A stretch of DNA of 64,000 nt from Acidimicrobiales bacterium. GTDB lineage: Bacteria > Actinomycetota > Acidimicrobiia > Acidimicrobiales > CATQHL01. The translations under genes and the position numbers were made by a program. Below, one piece after another: positions 17,432-25,632 of this stretch. The notes under the pieces were generated by a model. The model was given only the letters and a program-made list of their open reading frames with translations. It did no database searches and was not told the origin of the DNA. Numbering within the stretch: the stretch's first letter is position 1; the number at the start of each line of letters is the position of its first letter. The stretch is from positions 3,586,719 through 3,650,718 of the forward strand of contig OZ242194.1 in the NCBI GenBank assembly GCA_965206165.1. Direction: 5' to 3'.

Positions 17432-19044
17432 GCCCCCGCACGGCGTCGCCCACACCCCGCCCGGGATTCGTGCTGGAGGTGGAGCGCTCGACCCCGCCGA
17501 TGCTGTTCCACCACGGTGAAGGGTTCCGCATGGAACGGCTGCCGGCGGGGCGCTCCCGCGTGCTCTACCCGCCCAGCCCGCTGGAGGGCCTGCCGGATCC
17601 TGCCGGCGCGATACGCCACGCTCTCGAGCACCCCATCGACAGCGAACCGCTGCCGGCGCTGCTGCGCCCGGGGATGCGTCTGACGATCGCCTTCGACGAC
17701 ATCTCCCTGCCACTGCCCCCCATGCAGCGCCCCGATGTGCGCCAGCAGGTGATCGAGACCGTGCTGGACATGGCGGCCGCCGCGGGGGTGGACGACGTGC
17801 ACATCATCGCCGCGCTGGCGCTGCACCGCCGCATGACCGAGGCCGAGCTGCGCCACGCCGTCGGCGACCGGGTGTACGACGCCTTCGCCCCGTCGCGGCG
17901 GCTCTACAACCACGACGCCGAGGACCCCGACGGCATGGTCGTCCTCGGAGCGACCGACCACGGCGAGGAGGTGCAGATCAGCCGGCGGGCCGCCGAGAGC
18001 GACCTCGTCGTGTACGTCAACATCAACCTCGTGGCCATGGACGGGGGCTGGAAGAGCACCGCCACCGGGCTTTCCGGCTACCAGGGGCTGCGCCACCACC
18101 ACAACGTGGCCACGATGTTGAAGTCGCGGTCGTTCATGGATCAGCGCAGTTCGGAACTGCACCACTCCAACTGGCGCCAGGGGGCGGTGCTGCGCGACAG
18201 CGGCCCCCGCATCTTCCAGATCGAGACCACGGTGAACAACAACAGCTTCGGCACCAGCGGGTCGCTGTCGATGCTGCAGAAACGGGAGTGGGAGTGGACA
18301 GCGCGTGACCGGGCGTCGTTCGTGGCGATGCAGGCGGGCCTCGGGGTGATGTCACCGGCGGGCCGGCGGCGGGCGTTCCAGTCCTGGCGGGCGCCGTACG
18401 CCATGACCTCGGTGCAGGCCGGCGAAGTGGAGGCGGTCCACAAGATCACGACGGAGAACGTCTACCGCCAGCAACTCGTGGCAGTCCAGGGCCAGACCGA
18501 CGTGCTGACCATGGGACTCCCCTACATCTGCCCCTACAACGTCAACTCCATCATGAACCCGATCCTGGTCATGTGCCTGGGGCTCGGGTACTTCTTCAAC
18601 CTCTACCGGGGCCGACCGCTGGTGCGCCCCGGCGGGGTGGTCATCATGACGCACCCCACGCCGTGGGAATTCCACCCCGTGCACCACCCCAGCTACATCG
18701 ACTTCTTCGAGCAGGTGCTGGCCGACACCACCGACCCCGCCGAGATCGAAGCCCGCTACGAGGTGCAGTACGCCAACGACGAGTGGTACCGGCACCTGTA
18801 CCGCACGTCCTACGCCTACCACGGCGTGCATCCCTTCTACATGTGGTACTGGGGCGCCCACGCCATGTCGTACCTGGGACGGATCATCATCGTGGGGGGC
18901 GACAGAGCCGCCGTGCGGCGCATGGGGTTCGCGCCGGCCTCCAGCCTCAGCGACGCCCTGGAGATCGCCGGTGACGTGGTGGGGAGCCATCCGACCATCA
19001 CGCACCTCCACCTGCCACCGTTCGTCATGGCCGACGTGTCGTGA
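17428..19044 (+). CDS. LarA-like (lactate racemase N-terminal / DUF2088) domain protein, 538 aa
   Basis: C-terminal part of ORF 16486-19044, from the ATG at 17428 (ATGA overlap with the upstream stop). The region DLVVYVNINLVAMDGGWKSTATGLSGYQGLRHHH resembles the LarA SGGxKS...H block. Confidence 0.6.
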   Translation: MSPRTASPTPRPGFVLEVERSTPPMLFHHGEGFRMERLPAGRSRVLYPPSPLEGLPDPAGAIRHALEHPIDSEPLPALLRPGMRLTIAFDDISLPLPPMQRPDVRQQVIETVLDMAAAAGVDDVHIIAALALHRRMTEAELRHAVGDRVYDAFAPSRRLYNHDAEDPDGMVVLGATDHGEEVQISRRAAESDLVVYVNINLVAMDGGWKSTATGLSGYQGLRHHHNVATMLKSRSFMDQRSSELHHSNWRQGAVLRDSGPRIFQIETTVNNNSFGTSGSLSMLQKREWEWTARDRASFVAMQAGLGVMSPAGRRRAFQSWRAPYAMTSVQAGEVEAVHKITTENVYRQQLVAVQGQTDVLTMGLPYICPYNVNSIMNPILVMCLGLGYFFNLYRGRPLVRPGGVVIMTHPTPWEFHPVHHPSYIDFFEQVLADTTDPAEIEARYEVQYANDEWYRHLYRTSYAYHGVHPFYMWYWGAHAMSYLGRIIIVGGDRAAVRRMGFAPASSLSDALEIAGDVVGSHPTITHLHLPPFVMADVS

Positions 19045-19946
19045 AGCGCAACCCGGTGGTCGCCTTGGCGCGGGGCCTGGATTTCCCGTGGCGCGCCGCA
19101 ACCGCCCCCCTCTCGGCACGGGCGAGCCACGCCCCGGCGACCCTCGGCGCCGCCTTCGAGACCGACTGGGCGCGCCGCTGGCCGGCTCGCATGGTCCGCG
19201 CCTCGCTGATCGAGTTGCTCTGGCGCCCGGTTGTGGCCGCAGCCGCCCAGCCCACCCGGTTGGGGCTGGACCGTCTCGCGGCACTCGACGGGGAGCCGGT
19301 CATCTTCGCCGCCAACCACCGCAGCCACCTCGACACTCCGCTGCTGCTGACGTCGATTCCCGAACCGTGGCGCCACACGCTGATCGTTGCCGCCGCCGCC
19401 GATTACTTCTTCCCGACCCGCCCCAAGGGTGTCGCCTCTGCGTTGTTCATGGGCGCCGTGCCGGTGGAACGGGCACGGGTGGGGCGTGACTCGGCCCAGG
19501 ACGTCGCCACCCTGGTCCGTCGCGGCTGGAGCCTCCTGCTGTACCCCGAGGGCGGGCGCAGCACCGACGGCTGGGGCCAGCCGTTCCGTGGCGGGGCCGC
19601 CTACCTGGCGCACCGCTGCGACGTGCCCGTCGTCCCGGTCTACCTGGCCGGCACCCGGGGCGTGCTGCCGAAGGGCCGCTTCGTGCCCAAGCCGGGGCGG
19701 ACACTGGTGGTGTTCGGCGACCCGGTCCGACCCGACCCCAGCGAGCGGATCCGGACCCTCGGCGAGCGCATCGAGGCCGCAGTCGCCGGCCTGGCCGACG
19801 AGGTCACGACGAACTGGTGGCAGGCACGCCAGCGTGCCCACGCCGGCACGACTCCCTCACTGACCGGCCCCGACGCCGCCTCGTGGCGGCGCGCCTGGGC
19901 ACTGTCGCACCGCAGCAGGCCGCGAAAGCGTCGCTGGCCCCGCTGA
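19041..19946 (+). CDS. 1-acyl-sn-glycerol-3-phosphate (lysophospholipid) acyltransferase family protein
   Basis: 301-aa ORF. Its GTG start overlaps the upstream stop (GTGA). Motifs: HX4D as ANHRSHLDTPLL, and LLLYPEGGRS (EGTR-like block). Confidence 0.85.
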   Translation: MKRNPVVALARGLDFPWRAATAPLSARASHAPATLGAAFETDWARRWPARMVRASLIELLWRPVVAAAAQPTRLGLDRLAALDGEPVIFAANHRSHLDTPLLLTSIPEPWRHTLIVAAAADYFFPTRPKGVASALFMGAVPVERARVGRDSAQDVATLVRRGWSLLLYPEGGRSTDGWGQPFRGGAAYLAHRCDVPVVPVYLAGTRGVLPKGRFVPKPGRTLVVFGDPVRPDPSERIRTLGERIEAAVAGLADEVTTNWWQARQRAHAGTTPSLTGPDAASWRRAWALSHRSRPRKRRWPR

Positions 19947-20020
19947 GAGCGCCCGACGGTGGGGCCGGGCCGCGCGGACGGTAGAAACGAAGCGAGCCCC
20001 CGCCCCGAGAGGTACACGCC

Positions 20021-22297
20021 ATGGCCGTTCACGCCACCACCCCCATCTCCCTGATCGAAGCCGCCTACGGCCGCCTGGCCGCGGCGGTCCGCTCGGCCCG
20101 ACCCCGTGCCGGCCGCCCGCTGACGGCGGCGGAGAAGATTCTCATCGGCCATCTCGACGATCCGTCCGGCCCGCTGCCCGAGCGCGGCCGCAGCTATGTC
20201 GACTTCTGCCCCGACCGCGTGGCGATGCAGGACGCCACCGCTCAGATGGCCTGGCTGCAGTTCATGACCGCCGGGCTGTCGGAGGTGGCAGCGCCCACCA
20301 CCGTGCACTGCGACCACCTCATCCAGGCCCGGGTGGACTCGCGCCGCGACCTGCTGGCCGCGCTGGAGAACCACGAGGAGGTGTACGACTTCTTGGAGTC
20401 GGTGAGCGCCCGCTACGGCGCCGGTTTCTGGAAGCCGGGCTCGGGGATCATCCATCAGGTCGTGCTGGAGAACTACGCCTTCCCGGGTGGGATGATGATC
20501 GGCACCGACAGCCACACTCCCAACGCCGGCGGGCTGGGCATGGTGGCGGTGGGCGTGGGCGGCGCGGACGCCGTCGATGTCATGACCGGATTCCCCTGGA
20601 ACGTGCGCTGGCCCGAGTTCATCGGCGTGCGCCTCACCGGCCGCCTCTCGGGCTGGTCGGCGCCGAAGGACGTCATCCTGAAGGTGGCCGACCTGCTCAC
20701 GGTGGCCGGTGGGACAGGTTCCATCGTGGAGTACTTCGGCCCGGGAGCCGAGACGATCTCCGCCACCGGCAAGGCCACGATCTGCAACATGGGCGCCGAG
20801 ATCGGCGCCACGACCTCTCTGTTCGCCTACGACGAGTCGATGGCCCGCTACCTGAAGGCCACCGGGCGCGAGCAGGTGGCCGCCGCAGCCGACGCCGTCG
20901 CCGAGCATCTCCGGCCCGACGACGGGGTGCTCGCCGACCCCGAGCGTTGCTACGACTCGGTGATTGAGATCGACCTGTCAACGCTGGCGCCGCACATCAA
21001 CGGCCCCCACTCCCCCGACCGGGCCCGTCCCGTGTCGGATCTGGGCGCCGAGGCGGCCGCCGAAGGGTGGCCCATGGAGATCTCCGCAGCGCTGGTGGGG
21101 TCGTGCACCAACTCCTCCTACGAGGACATCACGAGGGCGGCCAGCATCGTCGCCGGCGCGGTGGCCCGCGGGCTGACGGTGAAGGCGCCGCTGCTGGTCA
21201 CGCCGGGTTCGGAGCAGATCCGTGCCACGATCGCCCGTGACGGGCTGCTCGGGATCTTCGAGGAGGCCGGGGCGACGGTTCTGGCCAACGCCTGCGGGCC
21301 GTGCATCGGCCAGTGGTCGCGCAGCGACGTGGCCGAGGGCGACGTCAACGTGATCGTCACCAGCTACAACCGCAACTTCCCCAAGCGCAACGACGGGCTG
21401 GCCTCCACGCTGGCTTTCGTCACCTCACCGGAGGTGGTCGTGGCCCTTGCGCTCGCGGGTCGCGTGGACTTCGACCCCATCAGCGGCACGCTGCGCAACG
21501 ACGACGGCGAAGAGGTGCACCTCCCGGCGCCGATCGGGGTGGAACTTCCGCCCGACGGCTTCGATCCCGGCGACGCGGGATTCGTGTCGCCCCCGTCGGA
21601 GGGCGAGCGCGCCGCCATCGATGTGCGGATTTCCCCTGCAAGCAAGCGCCTGCAGGAGTTGCAGCCGTTCGCCCCCTGGGACGGGCGGGACTTCGAGAAC
21701 CTGCCGGTGCTGCTGAAAGCCGCCGGCAAGTGCACCACCGACCACATCTCCGCCGCCGGGCCGTGGCTGCGCTACCGCGGTCACCTCGAGAACATCAGCG
21801 GCAACCTGTTCGCCGGGGCGGTGAACGCCTTCGGCGGGGCGGTCGGCGAGGGGAAGGACCAGACCGACGGGCAGGTCCGCCCCTACCCCGAGATCGCCCG
21901 GCGCTACCACGAGGCCGGCTGGTCGTGGGTGGCCGTGGGCGACTCGAACTACGGCGAGGGCTCCTCCCGTGAACATGCCGCAATGGAACCCCGCTTCCGG
22001 GGATGCACGGCCGTCATCGTGCGCTCCTTCGCCCGCATCGCCGAGACCAACCTCAAGAAGCAGGGCGTGCTGGCGCTCACGTTCGCCGACCCCGCCGACT
22101 ACGACGGTGTCGGTGAGGACGACCGCATCTCGATCCGGGGATTGGCCGACCTGGCGCCGGGCCGGCCGGTACGGGTCGAGGTCTCCCGCCCCGACGGCTC
22201 GACGGCGGCCTTCGACACCCGCCACACGCTCTCCGCCGACCAGATCGACTGGTTCCGCGCCGGTAGCGCCCTCAACATCATCCGCTCCCGCCTCTGA
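20021..22297 (+). CDS. acn: Aconitate hydratase, short mitochondrial-type
   Basis: 758-aa ORF with [53 protein letters not shown] and [10 protein letters not shown] (Fe-S Cys ligands). Confidence 0.9.
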   Translation: MAVHATTPISLIEAAYGRLAAAVRSARPRAGRPLTAAEKILIGHLDDPSGPLPERGRSYVDFCPDRVAMQDATAQMAWLQFMTAGLSEVAAPTTVHCDHLIQARVDSRRDLLAALENHEEVYDFLESVSARYGAGFWKPGSGIIHQVVLENYAFPGGMMIGTDSHTPNAGGLGMVAVGVGGADAVDVMTGFPWNVRWPEFIGVRLTGRLSGWSAPKDVILKVADLLTVAGGTGSIVEYFGPGAETISATGKATICNMGAEIGATTSLFAYDESMARYLKATGREQVAAAADAVAEHLRPDDGVLADPERCYDSVIEIDLSTLAPHINGPHSPDRARPVSDLGAEAAAEGWPMEISAALVGSCTNSSYEDITRAASIVAGAVARGLTVKAPLLVTPGSEQIRATIARDGLLGIFEEAGATVLANACGPCIGQWSRSDVAEGDVNVIVTSYNRNFPKRNDGLASTLAFVTSPEVVVALALAGRVDFDPISGTLRNDDGEEVHLPAPIGVELPPDGFDPGDAGFVSPPSEGERAAIDVRISPASKRLQELQPFAPWDGRDFENLPVLLKAAGKCTTDHISAAGPWLRYRGHLENISGNLFAGAVNAFGGAVGEGKDQTDGQVRPYPEIARRYHEAGWSWVAVGDSNYGEGSSREHAAMEPRFRGCTAVIVRSFARIAETNLKKQGVLALTFADPADYDGVGEDDRISIRGLADLAPGRPVRVEVSRPDGSTAAFDTRHTLSADQIDWFRAGSALNIIRSRL

Positions 22298-22334
22298 CCC
22301 TCGTTCTGCTCCCCCGCCCCACGGGGCTCGTTTC

Positions 22335-22526
22335 ATGGGCCTCCCGCGACGCCAGACCCGCCACGTTCCGCCACTAGGCATCCGCGGCGACATGCCGACG
22401 CGGATGCTCGTTGAGAAGGCAGGCGCCGTCGACGCGAGCCGCATCGACGACCCGGTCGGCCAACTCAGCGCCGCCGAGCAGTGGGCCGTCGAAGCCGCGC
22501 TGCTGACCGTCCTGGACCTGACCTGA
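22335..22526 (+). pseudogene. MazF/PemK-type toxin remnant (C-terminal ~60 codons only)
   Basis: The tail of ORF 21969-22526 reads ...TRHVPPLGIRGDMPTRMLVEKAGAVDASRIDDPVGQLSAAEQWAVEAALLTVLDLT*. This matches the conserved MazF C-terminal pattern (..vD.sRl...iG.Ls..e...v..AL..vLdL). No N-terminal half exists, because the aconitase gene ends at 22297. Confidence 0.45.
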
Positions 22527-22596
22527 CACATTTCGCGGGTCCGACCCCGAGCGGCGCCACGACGCCTCTGCGCCGACCTGCTGGACCAGGCCCCGC

Positions 22597-25311
22597 CTAC
22601 AGGTCGCCCCAGCAGGTGACGGTGCCGTCGGTGTGAAGCCCGCAGGTGTGTCGGGCTCCCACGGTGACGCCGCTGAAGTCCCCGCCGGGGGCGTCGGTTT
22701 GGCGGTTGCGGTTGTTGCCCCAGCATTCGATGGTGGCGCTGGCGCGTATCCCGCAGGTGTGGTGGTCGCCGGCGACCACGGTGCTGAACTGCCCGTCGGG
22801 CGCGAGCGTCTGGCCCTCGTTGTTGTCGCCCCAGCACGCCACGGAGCCGTTGGCGTGCAACGCGCAGGTGTGGTTGCCGCCGGCGCTGATGGCGCTGAAG
22901 GTTCTCGGTGGTGCGTCGGTCTGGCCGTTGTCGTTGGCGCCCCAACAGGTAATCGTGCCATCGGTGCGCAGGCCGCATGAGTGCTTGCGACTATGCGCAA
23001 CTGCCTCGAATCGTTCGCCCGTCGTCGCTCCGTCGGCGAGGGCCAGCAACAGCCGAGGGTATTCCCCCGAGGCTGTCGTGCTGAACCAGCACGCCAGGCT
23101 GCCGTTGGCGCGCAGCCCGCACGGCAAGTTCGGCCCCGCGCTGATGGCGCGGAAGCGCCCCTCCGGCTCGCCGAGGAGGCCGAGGAGATCGGTGCCCCAG
23201 CAGACCACGGTGGCGTCGCTGCGCAGGCCGCACGTGTGGCCGGCGGCGGCGTCGATGGCGCTGAAGTGCCCGCCGGGCGCGTCGGCCTGACCGAACTCGT
23301 CGCTACCCCAACAGGCGACGGTCCCCTCCACGCGCAATCCGCATGCGTGGGCGCCGCCGGTGGTGATGGCGCTGAAGTGCCCGCCGGGCGCGTCGGCCTG
23401 ACCCGCGTCGTTGTCGCCCCAGCAGGCGACCGTGTCATCGCTGCGTAACCCGCAGGCGAAGTCGGGGCCCGACACCAGCGCCGAGAAACTCCCGTCGGGG
23501 TTGAACGTCCGCACCGGCCCGACCGTGGCGGGATCCTCCCAAGCGACGCCGGGTGGCGATTCCACGGCGTAGGCCGTCCAGCAGGCAACCGAGCCGTCGG
23601 CACGGATGCCGCACGAATGCACCAACCCGGCGGATACGGCGCTGAACAGCCCGTCAGGGGCCTCGGCCTGGCCGTAGCGGTCAGCGCCCCAACACTCCAG
23701 TATCTTCTCGACGCGCACCCCGCAGGCATGCCCAGGACCACTGGACACAGCGCTGAAGCGCCCCGCCGGCGCGTCGATCACGCCATTTGCCGCCTCGCCC
23801 CAGCACTCGACGACGCCGGTGAGGCGCACGCCGCACGAATAGCCCGAGCCCGCATCGACGGCACTGAACCGCCCCTCCGGCGCGTCGATCGCCCCTCCGA
23901 GATCCGACTCCCAGCAGTCGACCGTCCCCTCGACGCGCAGGCCGCACACATGGGAACGCCCCGCCGAGACGGCACTGAACGGACCGCCGGGACCGCCTCG
24001 CTCAGGCTTACGGGTCTGGTTGTTCCAGCAGTAGACCCTTCCGTCGGGGCGCAGACCGCAGGACGACTCTCCACCCACCGAAATACTGCTGAACCGCCCC
24101 GGCGGCGCGTCGCGCAGGTACGGAGTCGTCAGATCCCACAACCAGCAAGCCGCAGACCCATCGGCTCGCACACCGCACGCATGATCAGATCCGGCGTCCA
24201 CGGTGCTGAACGCGCCCGGCGGCGTGTACAACGGACCGATGCCAATGTCGCCCCAACAGGCAACCTCGCCGCTCGCACCTTGACCACACGAGTGGTGCTC
24301 ACCGGCCGAGACGGCGATGAACGCGCCAGCCGACACCTCGATCGGCGCCGCATAGTTCCTTCCCCAACAAACAATCGTCCCCCCGGCCCGCAGCCCGCAC
24401 GACTGCGCGAGTCCGACTGAGACCGCGCTGAACCGACCCCCCGGCGCATCGATCATCCTCCTCGCCTGCTCCTCGACCGACGGCAGCGGCAGCTGGTCCC
24501 GCTCCTCGCCGGCGCCGCCCCAGCAAGTCACAGCGCCATCGGTGCGCACGCCACAGGAATGCACGAAACCCGCAGTGACCGCGCTGAACCGACCCTCGGG
24601 CACATCCAACTGGCCGTGACTGTTGTTCCCCCAACACGACACTGTGCCGTCGCTGCGGGTACCACACGAATGCGCCGCACCGGCAGAGACCGCGCTATAC
24701 CGGCCCTCGGGCACATCCAACTGGCCATGAGTGTTGTCCCCCCAACACGACGCTGTGCCGTCGCTGCGGGTACCACACGAATGCGCCGCACCGGCAGCCA
24801 CCGCACTGAACCGACCCCCCGGCGCGTCGGCCTGACCCTTACTGTCGTCGCCCCAACAAACGACTGCTCCATCAGTCCGCACACCACACGAATGCGCGAA
24901 ACCCGCCGCGACCGCGCTGAACCGACCCCCCGGCGCGTCGGCCTGACCCTTACTGTCGTCGCCCCAACAAACGACTGCTCCATCGATCCGCACACCACAC
25001 GAATGCGCGAAACCCGCCGCGACCGCGCTGAACCGACCCCCGGGTGCGTCGGCTCGGCCATCGACGTTGGCGCCCCAACAAGCGACGGTTCCATCGGTCC
25101 GCACACCACACGAATGCGCGGCGCCAGAAGACACCGCAGCGAAAGGAGCGCTCCCAGCGTCGGGCCCCTCATGCCCCGCGTCTCCGCCGCCGCAACCGGC
25201 GGAAACCGCCAACGCGCCAACCAACACGACAGCAACCACCTTCCTGGATAACCGGGGAATGCGCCGGGCCCGACGACTCACAGACTCGCCGCAACGCTCA
25301 GAGACGCTCAA
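22597..25311 (-). CDS. RCC1-like repeat (beta-propeller) lipoprotein, about 22 repeats
   Basis: 904-aa ORF. Signal plus lipobox LAVSAGCGG. I count 22 recurrences of the motif F..V.aG..HsCG.R.DG.v.CWG.n..GQ.d.P.G. Confidence 0.85.
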   Translation of the reverse strand: MSVSERCGESVSRRARRIPRLSRKVVAVVLVGALAVSAGCGGGDAGHEGPDAGSAPFAAVSSGAAHSCGVRTDGTVACWGANVDGRADAPGGRFSAVAAGFAHSCGVRIDGAVVCWGDDSKGQADAPGGRFSAVAAGFAHSCGVRTDGAVVCWGDDSKGQADAPGGRFSAVAAGAAHSCGTRSDGTASCWGDNTHGQLDVPEGRYSAVSAGAAHSCGTRSDGTVSCWGNNSHGQLDVPEGRFSAVTAGFVHSCGVRTDGAVTCWGGAGEERDQLPLPSVEEQARRMIDAPGGRFSAVSVGLAQSCGLRAGGTIVCWGRNYAAPIEVSAGAFIAVSAGEHHSCGQGASGEVACWGDIGIGPLYTPPGAFSTVDAGSDHACGVRADGSAACWLWDLTTPYLRDAPPGRFSSISVGGESSCGLRPDGRVYCWNNQTRKPERGGPGGPFSAVSAGRSHVCGLRVEGTVDCWESDLGGAIDAPEGRFSAVDAGSGYSCGVRLTGVVECWGEAANGVIDAPAGRFSAVSSGPGHACGVRVEKILECWGADRYGQAEAPDGLFSAVSAGLVHSCGIRADGSVACWTAYAVESPPGVAWEDPATVGPVRTFNPDGSFSALVSGPDFACGLRSDDTVACWGDNDAGQADAPGGHFSAITTGGAHACGLRVEGTVACWGSDEFGQADAPGGHFSAIDAAAGHTCGLRSDATVVCWGTDLLGLLGEPEGRFRAISAGPNLPCGLRANGSLACWFSTTASGEYPRLLLALADGATTGERFEAVAHSRKHSCGLRTDGTITCWGANDNGQTDAPPRTFSAISAGGNHTCALHANGSVACWGDNNEGQTLAPDGQFSTVVAGDHHTCGIRASATIECWGNNRNRQTDAPGGDFSGVTVGARHTCGLHTDGTVTCWGDL
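24584..25138. repeat. Tandem 111-bp (37-codon) units within the RCC1-like gene; two near-identical pairs plus a diverged fifth unit
   Basis: Units start at 24584, 24695, 24806, 24917 and 25028, each marked by CTGAACCGACC. Units 24806-24916 and 24917-25027 differ at only a few bases (ATCAGTCC vs ATCGATCC). Units 24584-24694 and 24695-24805 form a second near-identical pair. Confidence 0.85.
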
Positions 25312-25632
25312 ACGCCGCTAGCCCTTCCCCACAAAGTCCCGCGCCATCGCCCCAAGCAGAACAAGAACAGGGGTTCACCGCTCGCAGCGCGCGGCGACCG
25401 GCGGCGGGCGCAAGAGTCGGCCTCGTCGCCACCATGGAGGGAACCCGAGCGGTTGCCGCCGGCGAGGATGTCCCCCCATTGGGCGGTCCAAGCCCGCCGC
25501 CGACGCGATGACAACCGAGGCCGGCGCGAACCCATCGGCCAACAACTCGACCGGATCGCCGACGAACTGCTTCTCACACGGCGACGAAAACCTGCACAGA
25601 CCACGCGCTCCGCAGTCGCGACTGGGAGCACC

